This document shows positions 1-8,720 of a DNA stretch of 64,000 nt, one piece after another. The translations under genes were made by a program, and so were the position numbers. The notes beneath the pieces were generated by a model, which was given only the letters and a program-made list of their open reading frames with translations, made no database searches and was not told the origin of the DNA. The stretch is from Candidatus Undinarchaeales archaeon. GTDB lineage: Archaea > SpSt-1190 > JASMDC01. The DNA is taken from contig JASMDC010000007.1 of assembly GCA_030753015.1 (NCBI GenBank), positions 63,107 through 127,106 of the forward strand, written 5' to 3'. How positions within the stretch are numbered: the stretch's first letter is position 1; the number at the start of each line of letters is the position of its first letter.

Positions 1-959
1 GGGACCTCCAGGCAGGGCTGGCGGTGGAGTGGGACGGGATAGTGGATGCCGCAGGAGATGCCGCGCCCCTCGAGGTGTGCCCGCAGGGCGTCACGGTCGG
101 GATGCCTGATAACATATAGGTGGTAAACGTGAGTGCCCCAGTGCACCCGGGGTGTCACCACTGCATCGCCGAGCAGCTTGTCGTAGAGCGCGGCGTTCTT
201 CCGGCGGGCATCGTTGAAACCGTCCAGCATCCGTAGCTGGACGCGGGCTATGGCGGCGTACATCTCGCACAGCTTGGCGTTGTATCCCAGGACCTCAGCG
301 GTCCCCGTACCCGCGTTGGCACCGTACGCACGGAGCAGGCGCACCTTCTCGGCGAGCCCATCGTCGTCGGTGACGAACATGCCGCCCTCGCCGGCGACCG
401 TCATGTTCTTGGAGGGATAGAACGAGAAGCAGCCCGCGTCAGCGAGCGAGCCGGTGCGAGCGCCCTTGTAGGTGGCGCCGTGCGACTGGCAGGCGTCCTC
501 GAGCAGGAACAGCCCGTGCCGCTCGGCGACCTCGCGGACGGGGTTCATGTCGCAGGTGTGGCCGTAGAGGTGGACCGGGATGATCGCCTGGGTCCGGGGA
601 GTGATGGCCGCCTCCAACTTGGAGGGATCCATGGTATAGCTCCTGTCCACGTCCACGAGACGGATCGACGCACCACAGTACGAGATGGCCAGGGCCGTGG
701 AGATGAATGTGTTGGGGACGGTGATGACCTCGTCACCCGGGCCGATACCCGCGGCCTTGAGGGCCAGGTGGAGCGCGTCGGTGCCCGAGGAGATGCCGAC
801 GGCGTTATCGACGCCCATGTAGGCGGCGAACTCCTTCTCGAGCGCGGCGAGCTCGTCACCCAGCACGAACCGTCCACTGTCCAGCACGCGGCATACCGCG
901 TCCTTCATCTCCTGGGTGATGACCGGGCGCGAGAGCGGGATGGGGGCGGGCGACGCCAT
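1..959 (-). CDS. DegT/DnrJ/EryC1/StrS family PLP-dependent sugar aminotransferase (3' end outside window)
   Basis: Not in ORF track; manual translation from ATG 959 gives MASPAPIPLSRPVITQEMKDAV...SSGTDALHLAL...GDEVIT...PVHLYG...EDACQSHGA...FSFYPSKNM, the family motifs. Confidence 0.9.
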   Translation of the reverse strand, partial: MASPAPIPLSRPVITQEMKDAVCRVLDSGRFVLGDELAALEKEFAAYMGVDNAVGISSGTDALHLALKAAGIGPGDEVITVPNTFISTALAISYCGASIRLVDVDRSYTMDPSKLEAAITPRTQAIIPVHLYGHTCDMNPVREVAERHGLFLLEDACQSHGATYKGARTGSLADAGCFSFYPSKNMTVAGEGGMFVTDDDGLAEKVRLLRAYGANAGTGTAEVLGYNAKLCEMYAAIARVQLRMLDGFNDARRKNAALYDKLLGDAVVTPRVHWGTHVYHLYVIRHPDRDALRAHLEGRGISCGIHYPVPLHRQPCLEV

Positions 960-981
960 GTGGCGGAACTGCACCGGGGAA

Positions 982-990
982 CATTTAAAT
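982..990. promoter_or_regulatory. TATA box (TTTAAAT) between divergent genes
   Basis: Only AT-rich box in the short intergenic gap, ~25-30 nt from ATG 959 (-) and ATG 1015 (+). Confidence 0.6.
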
Positions 991-1014
991 CCTTGGGACA
1001 GGATGGTTGGTCTG

Positions 1015-2130
1015 ATGCCCCCTTCCGAGGTCGCCGTGGTCCGGTGCAAGGACTACGCTGACGCCGATGCCGCGGTGCGCAAGGCACTTTCCCTCCTGGG
1101 CGGGCTCGATATCGCTAAGGACGACAAGGTGCTCATCAAGCCCAACCTACTCATCGGCCGACGGCCCGACGATGCCGTCACCACCCATCCTGCCGTGGTA
1201 GAGCCGGTGGTGGGGGAGGTCAAGCGCCTGGGCGGGCAGCTCACTGTGGGCGACTCCCCCGGTACCTGGGCCAACAAGCGGCTCAAGGACTTCCTCAAGG
1301 TCACGGGATTCAAGGAGATCAGCGAGCGGCAGGACTTCCACCTCATGCGGTTCGGAGAAGAGCCGCCGGTCCCCTTTGTCATGGAGTTCGGCGGGAAGGA
1401 GCGAACGGTGTTCCTGGAGAAGACGGCCGTGGACGCCGACTACATCATCAACATGCCCAAGGCCAAGACCCACATGGTCACCATCCTCACCGGGGCCCTC
1501 AAGAACATGTACGGCCTCATCCCTGGCAACGAGAAGCAGCTCATCCATAAGTGGGCCAACACCATCCAACCCTTCGCCGAGGCGGTGGCAGCGATCAACA
1601 AGGCGTGTCCTGCGGACATGGTGGTGGCCGATGCCGTGGTCGGGCTGGAGGGGAACGGGCCCAACTACCTTGGCAAGAGCATCCGTCTGGGCTACATCGT
1701 GGCCGGCCGAGACCCGGTGGCCGTGGACACGGTGCTGGCTCGTATCATGGGCATCCCCCTGGACAAGCTCGTGACCGTGCAGGTGGCCAAGGAGCTGGGG
1801 CTGGGCACTACCGATTACACTCTCCTCGGCGATGAGCCCGAGACCACCAAGGTCCGGCTGCCCTCACAGTTCATCTACCGGCTCTGGCCCGTGTTCCAGG
1901 CCGGGTTCCTCATCCCGTTCACCGTGCCCAAGCCCATGTGCGACGACGCCGCGTGCGTGCGGTGCGGTACGTGCGAGACCAACTGTCCTGTAAAGGCCAT
2001 CACGGTCAGTGACCGGGTGCGGTTCGATTACGACAAGTGCATCCGGTGCCTGTGCTGTGTGGAGCTGTGCCCCAATGCGTGCATCAGCCCGCGGTTCCCG
2101 TGGTTGTTGACCCAGTGGCTGAAACATTAG
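1015..2130 (+). CDS. DUF362 domain protein with C-terminal 2x[4Fe-4S] ferredoxin
   Basis: VLIKPN, TTHP, INMPKAKTH, GALKNMYG, EGNGP motifs; two CxxCxxCxxxCP clusters; start chosen by TATA spacing (ATG 1003 is an alternative). Confidence 0.85.
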   Translation: MPPSEVAVVRCKDYADADAAVRKALSLLGGLDIAKDDKVLIKPNLLIGRRPDDAVTTHPAVVEPVVGEVKRLGGQLTVGDSPGTWANKRLKDFLKVTGFKEISERQDFHLMRFGEEPPVPFVMEFGGKERTVFLEKTAVDADYIINMPKAKTHMVTILTGALKNMYGLIPGNEKQLIHKWANTIQPFAEAVAAINKACPADMVVADAVVGLEGNGPNYLGKSIRLGYIVAGRDPVAVDTVLARIMGIPLDKLVTVQVAKELGLGTTDYTLLGDEPETTKVRLPSQFIYRLWPVFQAGFLIPFTVPKPMCDDAACVRCGTCETNCPVKAITVSDRVRFDYDKCIRCLCCVELCPNACISPRFPWLLTQWLKH

Positions 2131-2151
2131 AGACGTGAAAGTGAGACTACC

Positions 2152-3810
2152 ATGCGCATCCTGGCCATAAACGACTGCAGCGACTCGAGCGCGGCCCTCG
2201 TGGAGGACGGTCGCATCATCGCCGCGGTCGAGGAGGAGCGGTTCACCTACCGCCGCCACATCGACATATTCCCATTCAACGCCATCGAGCACGTCACTGG
2301 CGGCGACTTCTCGGACATCGACCGCGTCGTGTACACCATGGAGTACAACGACTTCCGGGTGCCCCGGTTCGACCGGTACCAGGTGTTCCCCGCCACCATG
2401 CTCCACCCGCCAGCTGCCTGGCTCAGCGCCGTTGACCGGCTTCCTCAGCCGCTCATCAAGGCGGTCGGGAACGCCGCGTACTGGACCACGTTCAACGCCC
2501 TCATAAACCGCCGGAAGCTCGAACGCAAGTACATGCAAAAGCGCATGGGGCTCGATTTCGAGATCGTGCGACATCACCTGGCGCATGCGTCCTCCGCCTA
2601 CCGCGCGTCCGGGTTCGGGAAGGCGAACATCCTGGTCATGGACGGCTCCGGGGAGAAGTACTCCACCTCACTGTTCGTAGGCGACGGGGAGATCGAGCCC
2701 GTCAAGGACATCGCCGAGAGCAACTCCATGGGCATCCTCTACACGTTCATATCCCTCATCCTCGGGCTGGGACGGTTCGGTCAGGGAAAGACCATGGGGC
2801 TGGCGCCCTACGGGACGCCGAGGCCCGAGTACGTCAAGATGGTCGAGGTGCTGCACCACGACTATAATATCCGCATGGACCGTGTGCGCGAGCTGGCCCG
2901 GCACATCCGGTACGGGGGCGAGCCCACCAAGGAGCATCAGGACATCGCTGCAAGCCTCCAGGAGGCATTGGAGCGCGTGGCCATCGAGATGGTCGACTGT
3001 CTGCACGAGACCAGCGGATACAAGGACCTCTGCTTGGCCGGTGGAGTGGTCCTTAATTGCTCCATGAACGGTGTGCTCCTGCGCACGCCCATGGTGGACC
3101 GTATGTTCGTCCAGCCCGCCGCCAGCGACGCTGGCACGGCACTGGGCGCCGCCTTCCAGCTCTGCTATGAGGAGGGTGTCCAGGCCGAGACCATGATCTC
3201 CGCGGCCCTGGGCCCGTCCTACGACGACGTCGCCATCGCCCGGGCGCTGGCCGACGAGGGGCTCACCGGAGAACCCGTCGACGATCCCGCCAGCACCGCA
3301 GCGGTGCTCATCGCCGAGGGCAAGGTCATCGGATGGTTCCAGGGGCGGCTGGAGTTCGGGCCCCGGGCCCTTGGCCAGAGATCGATCATCGCGGATCCCA
3401 CGGACCCGGAGATGCACGACCGCGTCAACCGTATCAAGAACCGGGAGATGTGGCGACCGCTGGCACCGTCGGTGCTCATCGAGCACCTGCCCGAGTACTT
3501 CGAGGGCGGCCATCCATCGCCGTTCATGATCCTTACCTATCCTGTACGGGAGGAGAAGCGGGACGAGATCCCGGCCGTGACCCACGTGGACGGCTCGGCA
3601 CGGCTCCAGACCGTGGACGGGCGGGCGACGCCCCTCTACCACAAGCTCATCTCGCGGTTCGCCAAGGAGGGCAAACCGCCCGTGGTGCTCAATACATCGT
3701 TCAACTCCCGTGGCCAACCCATCGTGCGCACACCGTACGATGCCATCCGCACGTTCAAGCGCATCGGGCTGGATGCCATGGTGATCGGCGGGTACCTGGT
3801 CACGGCCTGA
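2152..3810 (+). CDS. Carbamoyltransferase (NodU/CmcH family)
   Basis: EEERF, HHLAHASSA, DGSGE, GKTMGLAPYG, LAGGVVLNC, EFGPRALGQRSI, NTSFN motifs. Confidence 0.92.
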   Translation: MRILAINDCSDSSAALVEDGRIIAAVEEERFTYRRHIDIFPFNAIEHVTGGDFSDIDRVVYTMEYNDFRVPRFDRYQVFPATMLHPPAAWLSAVDRLPQPLIKAVGNAAYWTTFNALINRRKLERKYMQKRMGLDFEIVRHHLAHASSAYRASGFGKANILVMDGSGEKYSTSLFVGDGEIEPVKDIAESNSMGILYTFISLILGLGRFGQGKTMGLAPYGTPRPEYVKMVEVLHHDYNIRMDRVRELARHIRYGGEPTKEHQDIAASLQEALERVAIEMVDCLHETSGYKDLCLAGGVVLNCSMNGVLLRTPMVDRMFVQPAASDAGTALGAAFQLCYEEGVQAETMISAALGPSYDDVAIARALADEGLTGEPVDDPASTAAVLIAEGKVIGWFQGRLEFGPRALGQRSIIADPTDPEMHDRVNRIKNREMWRPLAPSVLIEHLPEYFEGGHPSPFMILTYPVREEKRDEIPAVTHVDGSARLQTVDGRATPLYHKLISRFAKEGKPPVVLNTSFNSRGQPIVRTPYDAIRTFKRIGLDAMVIGGYLVTA

Positions 3811-3868
3811 GGCCGCGCGGGCCCTGAGAGGCAGGCATATAAAGCTGTAGCCCGACGGTGCCCCTCCC

Positions 3869-5047
3869 GTGACCCTCACGACCCTCCTTGTAGTCGCTGG
3901 CACCTATTACGCCATCCTGCTAATCTCGGAGGTGGTCTCCCACCTGTCGGGCGGACCAAAGCAGCAGCCGGAACCGGAGACATGGCCTTCGGTCACCGTC
4001 GTGCTACCCGTGTGCGACGAGGAGGCGGTGATCGCCGAGACACTGGAGGCGCTCGCACGGCTCGACTACCCTGGCGAACACGACGTGCTTGTGATCGTCG
4101 GGGACGGCAAGGACCGCACCATGGAGATCGCCCGGTCGTTCGCCGAGGAACACGACCATATCACGACGGTGCCCGAGGCCGAGGACGGGTCGTGTAAAGC
4201 GCACGCCCTCAACCAGGCCATGGAGGACGCGACCGGGGACGTGCTCGTGGTCTACGACGCTGACAACGTGCCCGAGCGCGGTGCCATGCGCTCGCTGGTG
4301 GCACCCCTCGCCCGGGGCGAATCGGCCGTGGCCGTGGGGTGCATCCTCTCGGCGAAGCACACCGATACCTGGGTCACCCGGCTGGTGTCCCTCGAGTACG
4401 CCTGGTACTACGGCGGGCTCTACGCCCACCGGGCCCGTCATAAGCTCTTCGTGCCCGTGCCCGGACGCAACTTCGCCATCCAACGGGAGCTGTTGAAGGA
4501 GCTGGGCGGATTCGACGAGACGGTGCTCGCCGAGGACCTCTACATCACGCGCCGGCTCTACGAGGAACCGGGGCGTCGTGTGGCGTACGTCCGCAGCGCC
4601 ATCGCCACCGAGGAGGTGCCCGACGACCTCGACACCCTTCTTCGCCAACGCAAGCGATGGGGCGGCGGTGCGATCAAGGAGTACCTCAGCGCGTTCAGCG
4701 AGGCGCGCGGGAACCCCTATTACCTGGGACGCATCGTCGATGTGGTGCTCATGGGACTGGACATAGTCATGCCCCTGGTGGCTCTGTTGGCGCTCGTGGC
4801 CATGCTCCTGGGACAGGGGCAACCCTATCCGGCCCTCCTGCTCGTGACCGTGCTCCTATACCTGGTCTACATGCGGATCTATGGGTACAAGCAGGGCCTG
4901 ATACTCTACCTCCCGCTCACTGCGCTCCTGGACTTCTACATGTCCATCCTCGTCCCTATTGGATTCATCGCCAACCGCCTTGCGGGCGGCGAGGATCCTG
5001 CATGGGAGCGGACGGTGAAGAAGGGGCGGCCCCGGGGTGACGGCTGA
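3869..5047 (+). CDS. GT2 family processive glycosyltransferase (cellulose synthase-like)
   Basis: KAHALN, DAD, AED, RQRKRW (QxxRW) motifs; N- and C-terminal TM segments. Confidence 0.88.
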   Translation: MTLTTLLVVAGTYYAILLISEVVSHLSGGPKQQPEPETWPSVTVVLPVCDEEAVIAETLEALARLDYPGEHDVLVIVGDGKDRTMEIARSFAEEHDHITTVPEAEDGSCKAHALNQAMEDATGDVLVVYDADNVPERGAMRSLVAPLARGESAVAVGCILSAKHTDTWVTRLVSLEYAWYYGGLYAHRARHKLFVPVPGRNFAIQRELLKELGGFDETVLAEDLYITRRLYEEPGRRVAYVRSAIATEEVPDDLDTLLRQRKRWGGGAIKEYLSAFSEARGNPYYLGRIVDVVLMGLDIVMPLVALLALVAMLLGQGQPYPALLLVTVLLYLVYMRIYGYKQGLILYLPLTALLDFYMSILVPIGFIANRLAGGEDPAWERTVKKGRPRGDG

Positions 5048-5110
5048 GGCCGCTGACACCTATGCTTATATGGATGAGCCCCCTTACTAGTAATCCGGGG
5101 TGAACGCACC

Positions 5111-5440
5111 GTGGTTTCGGGAATCTGGAAGGAGTTGCCGGTTGCGACCCGGTTCCTCCTCGCTGTGGTTATCGATATCCTCAACACGTTCAACCTCGAG
5201 TTCATACCATTTCTATACATTCTGGACCCGTTTCTGGCACTGGTCCAGTTCGATCTCGTGACCGACCTTGCTCCTACGAGGGCCCAGAAGGTCCTGCTGG
5301 GGCTCGGGTGCGGCGAAGCCCTGCTCGGTCACCCGAGAGACATCCTCCCCCTGTGCAGCCTCGTCGTGCTGGTCACCGGCGGGGACGAGGTCCCTGACGA
5401 CCTGGATGACACGGGACGACCGACCCCCTTCGGCATGTGA
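5111..5440 (+). CDS. Small hypothetical membrane protein
   Basis: Hydrophobic ORF preceded by TATA-like CTTATAT and GGTGA SD. Confidence 0.55.
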   Translation: MVSGIWKELPVATRFLLAVVIDILNTFNLEFIPFLYILDPFLALVQFDLVTDLAPTRAQKVLLGLGCGEALLGHPRDILPLCSLVVLVTGGDEVPDDLDDTGRPTPFGM

Positions 5441-5506
5441 GGTCTGACCCGGAGGATGCGCAAGTACATTCATAACTGTCCTTAGTGGCCAGCTGGAAAG
5501 TCACAC

Positions 5507-5547
5507 GTTTACGAAATGTATATATACTTGTAAACATATAGTAAACA
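5507..5547. promoter_or_regulatory. vapBC promoter/operator (GTTTAC...GTAAAC inverted repeat around TATATA, plus a second GTAAAC)
   Basis: Inverted repeat overlapping TATA upstream of the antitoxin; TA autoregulation inferred. Confidence 0.5.
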
Positions 5548-5559
5548 TAGGATTTCACG

Positions 5560-5775
5560 ATGAGCGTCACTATCTCGGTCCGGGTCGAGGATCATATCAA
5601 GCGCGAGATCGAGGACCTGGGATATGCCCCTGGCGAGTACCTCAAGCTCGTGCTTGAGAGGGAACTTAGGCGGGAACGGTCTCGCAAGGCACTCGTATGG
5701 ATCAAGAAGCATCGCGTACCGTCGAAGGGGGAACTCGCTGAGCAGCTCGTCCGGAAGGCCCGTGATATGCGATGA
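5560..5775 (+). CDS. vapB: VapB-type antitoxin (RHH-like)
   Basis: Short basic ORF MSVTISVRV, ends VRKARD, overlaps the PIN gene (ATGA). Confidence 0.75.
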   Translation: MSVTISVRVEDHIKREIEDLGYAPGEYLKLVLERELRRERSRKALVWIKKHRVPSKGELAEQLVRKARDMR

Positions 5776-6209
5776 AGCTGGTGCTGGACTCGTCGGTACT
5801 AGCGAAGCTCTTCATCGAGGAGAGCGGTACGGAGGATGCGCTCGCCCTCATCGGGCTCGCCCACATGCTCGACCTTGAGCTCTTAGCGGCGCAGCTAGCG
5901 GTGAGCGAGGTGGGGAACGTCCTCTGGAAGCACCTGCGTGACACCGACGACGATGGGAGCGAGCACATGAGGCAGCTCTTCCTCCTCGACATCACGTTCG
6001 TACCGCTGGACAGTGTCCGTTCTAGCAGGGCGAGCAGTCTTGCAACCGGACACGACATCTCCTTTTATGATGCAGTCCATGTCGCACTTGCGGAGGAGCA
6101 TCTGTGCGATCTCGTGACCGAGGACAATGAGCTCCAGAAGAAGGTGGATCAAGCCATAGGTCTCAGGAAAGCGCGTGAACTCGTGGAATCCCCGGCTTTC
6201 GCTCCCTAG
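5772..6209 (+). CDS. vapC: VapC PIN-domain toxin
   Basis: VLDSSVLAK, EVGN, FYDAVHVALA, LVTED acidic PIN motifs. Confidence 0.9.
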   Translation: MKLVLDSSVLAKLFIEESGTEDALALIGLAHMLDLELLAAQLAVSEVGNVLWKHLRDTDDDGSEHMRQLFLLDITFVPLDSVRSSRASSLATGHDISFYDAVHVALAEEHLCDLVTEDNELQKKVDQAIGLRKARELVESPAFAP

Positions 6210-6541
6210 ACCTCGCGCTCGATGCCGTGAAAGGAGTACCAGTTGTCATTGAAGTGCTCGGGCAGTGCCGCGACGACGCTGGTGTCGTAGACGGCGTACG
6301 GCGACACACCGAGGTCGTTCAGTGCGCGCTCGTGAGCCGTATCGTAGTCCATCCCCTGCTCGTCCATGTAGCATCGCTCAACAAGCTCGTGGTCGAGGAA
6401 GTTCTGGTCGTACTCGGTGCGGACACCCTGGTCGGCCAGCCGCTCGAGCATCATCTCGTTCTCGGGGAAGCTGCCGAACCTATCGAGATGGTCGCGCACG
6501 TACCCCAGATTCTCCGGCGTGGGGAGATATTGCCCGTCCAT
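6206..6541 (-). CDS. Acidic stand-alone protein resembling a polymorphic-toxin C-terminal domain (HExxE...YxxAH)
   Basis: NEMMLERL..DQNFLDHELVE..YDTAHERAL..GVSPYAVY..FNDNWYSFHGI; ATG 6541 lies ~28 nt from a TATA (ATG 6559 is an alternative). Confidence 0.6.
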   Translation of the reverse strand: MDGQYLPTPENLGYVRDHLDRFGSFPENEMMLERLADQGVRTEYDQNFLDHELVERCYMDEQGMDYDTAHERALNDLGVSPYAVYDTSVVAALPEHFNDNWYSFHGIEREV

Positions 6542-6646
6542 CTTGGCAAAAACTGTCATGGTAACCCCGTTAAATAGCCTCCCTTGGTGTGCCGACGGCT
6601 TTATCAAGGTGAACCGTTATAGTGTGTCAGGAACGGACGTGGTACC

Positions 6647-6886
6647 ATGGCCATCATCGTGAAGGAGAAGGAGACAGGAGCGCGGTTCGTGCTTTTAGGC
6701 ACGGGGTTCGGCGCCTTCAAGGCCGCGCGGCCGGGGATGTTGCTGGGGAACCTTTCTCCCACCGAGGACAAGGGTGAGTTCACAGTGCTCGCCGTGAGCG
6801 ATGAGAAGGGCGAGGTGCACTGGATCGACTCGGACGCCGTCGTCGTGGTAGAGGTCGACGGGAAGCACCCGTCCCAGTACCTGTAG
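6647..6886 (+). CDS. Small hypothetical protein
   Basis: Host-like codon usage; TTATA box upstream. Confidence 0.65.
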   Translation: MAIIVKEKETGARFVLLGTGFGAFKAARPGMLLGNLSPTEDKGEFTVLAVSDEKGEVHWIDSDAVVVVEVDGKHPSQYL

Positions 6887-6921
6887 GGAGCTGATCGGCC
6901 CTGACCGCTCACGAGCATAAA

Positions 6922-7152
6922 GTGTACATCCTCGAGTGCGCTGACGGTACCTACTACACGGGCTACACCACCGACCTGGAACGCCGGGTGAGCGTCCACA
7001 ACAAGGGGAAGGGAGCCCGATACACCCGTGGTCGGCTCCCGGTCGCCATCGTGTTCTCCGAGGCGTACGCCACCAAGAGCGAGGCCCTGCGCAGGGAGGC
7101 CGAGATCAAGCGCATGACCCGGCGGGAGAAGCGCGAGCTGGTGGAGCTCTAG
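6922..7152 (+). CDS. GIY-YIG nuclease (UPF0213/YazA-like)
   Basis: [18 protein letters not shown]-like [21 protein letters not shown]; may start at in-frame CTG 6901. Confidence 0.88.
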   Translation: MYILECADGTYYTGYTTDLERRVSVHNKGKGARYTRGRLPVAIVFSEAYATKSEALRREAEIKRMTRREKRELVEL

Positions 7153-7412
7153 CCGTCCCGGACGCCCGTGACGGGCTCCTCAGGCACCTGATCACCCTTT
7201 TCCTCGCCGTCGTCCTTGGACCTCGGCATCGATATATCTATAGGACGTGCGTGGTTATACTCTTCGACGTTGTACGGGATCGGTCCGTCCGTCGGATCGC
7301 CATCCGTCAAACAGGCTCCTGACCTAAATGCACCCTCCTTACTGCCTTTGTTGTCACTGCGAGTGCCCTCCAAGAGGTCATCGGGATATGCAGACTGCCA
7401 GAGTACTGGCAC
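7149..7412 (-). CDS. Hypothetical protein (possibly the severed C-terminus of the alpha-2-macroglobulin gene)
   Basis: Open frame with GTG start after TATATA; the frame stays open upstream into the IS left flank. Confidence 0.35.
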   Translation of the reverse strand: MPVLWQSAYPDDLLEGTRSDNKGSKEGAFRSGACLTDGDPTDGPIPYNVEEYNHARPIDISMPRSKDDGEEKGDQVPEEPVTGVRDG

Positions 7413-7455
7413 GCCGCCCCCTATGACTATATACCAATAAATCACCTTCAGTCTA

Positions 7456-8700
7456 TTAAGACGGGGGACTGGAAACGCACAATCCGAGCGTTTGTTAGTA
7501 CGTCTCTTAAAGAGAGTGAACGAGGATGAGAAGGGCATACAAGTTCAGGCTGTATCCGAACAGGGAGCAGACTGGCCGTCTGGAGCGGACGCTGGAAACG
7601 TGCCGTATCCTCTACAACGAACTCCTTGCAGAGAGAAAGGTGACTTACGAGGTGACGGGGGGTGGGATTAGTTACTTCGAGCAAAAACGCAATCTAGTCA
7701 AGATGAAGAAGGTGAACGATCATCTGGCACAGGTTAACGCACAGGTGTTGCAGGACGTCACCCGTCGTATCAAGAGATCGTTCGACGCATTCTTCCGCAG
7801 GATCAGGGACGGGAAAAAACCGGGGTATCCGAGGTTCAAAGGGAGGGGGCGGTACAAGTCCTTCACCTACCCCCAGCATGTGAAGAGTTTCAAGATCAAG
7901 AGCGGGCGGCTTTCCCTCTCGAAGATAGGCGAGGTGCGTATGTTCCAGCATCGTCCCATCGAGGGAGTCATCAAGATGTGCACGCTTAAGCGGGACGACA
8001 TCGGCGACTGGTCAGTCATCATCGTATCAGAGCTGAAGGACACTCCGAAGATAGCCATCGAAGAGACGATCGGCGTTGACGTCGGGCTGAAGAACCTGGC
8101 TGTCGCTTCTGACGGATTGATCCTCGAGCCTCCCACATGCCTCCGTGGCTCGGAGAAGAAGCTCGCGAAGCTCCAACGGCGGCTGAGCCGGAAGACGAAG
8201 GGAAGCAAGAACCGAGAGAAGGCACGGGCCAAAGTGGCTAGACACCATCGGAAGATCGCAAGACAGAGACGAGACCATCTGCACAAGGCCTCACGCTGCC
8301 TTGTCGATTCTGCTGATCGCATTGTCTTTGAGAACCTTAATATCAACGGGATGCTCACAAACCATCATCTTTCCAAGTCGATAGCAGACGCGTCCTGGGG
8401 GACGCTCATCCAGTTTACGATGTGCAAGGCTGAGAGTGCCGGCAAGTCGGTCGAACTGGTACCCCCCAGGAACACGTCACAGCTATGTTCACAATGCGGC
8501 GCGTTCGTAAGGAAGTCCCTGTCCATGAGGACGCACAGATGTCCCGAGTGCGGGCTCGTGATGGACAGGGATCTGAATGCCGCCATCAATATACGGGACA
8601 AGTTCACCCTCGGGCAGAGGGGTAGGGCCTGTGGAGCCGTCTCCGTTGGGAGGGGCGATGAAGCAGGAAGCTCACCGAATTATCGGTGAGAGGATGTCAC
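7456..8700 (+). mobile_element. IS200/IS605-family (IS1341-like, tnpB-only) insertion sequence
   Basis: tnpB plus right end GAAG-CTCACCGA(ATTA)TCGGTGAG-...TCAC ending at 8700; left boundary approximate. Confidence 0.8.
7526..8689 (+). CDS. tnpB: TnpB RNA-guided endonuclease
   Basis: AYKFRLYP HTH, GYPRFK, RuvC residues GVDVG / VFENL / DRDLNAAINI intact, CxxC...CxxC zinc finger. Confidence 0.95.
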   Translation: MRRAYKFRLYPNREQTGRLERTLETCRILYNELLAERKVTYEVTGGGISYFEQKRNLVKMKKVNDHLAQVNAQVLQDVTRRIKRSFDAFFRRIRDGKKPGYPRFKGRGRYKSFTYPQHVKSFKIKSGRLSLSKIGEVRMFQHRPIEGVIKMCTLKRDDIGDWSVIIVSELKDTPKIAIEETIGVDVGLKNLAVASDGLILEPPTCLRGSEKKLAKLQRRLSRKTKGSKNREKARAKVARHHRKIARQRRDHLHKASRCLVDSADRIVFENLNINGMLTNHHLSKSIADASWGTLIQFTMCKAESAGKSVELVPPRNTSQLCSQCGAFVRKSLSMRTHRCPECGLVMDRDLNAAINIRDKFTLGQRGRACGAVSVGRGDEAGSSPNYR

Positions 8701-8720
8701 GTAACGACCCGCAACGAGTA
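8560..8720 (+). ncRNA. Predicted omega-RNA (reRNA) of TnpB; guide is the flank from 8701
   Basis: Typical GCCTGTGGAG...GAAGCAGGAAGC-hairpin-TCAC end; 5' boundary uncertain. Confidence 0.6.
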
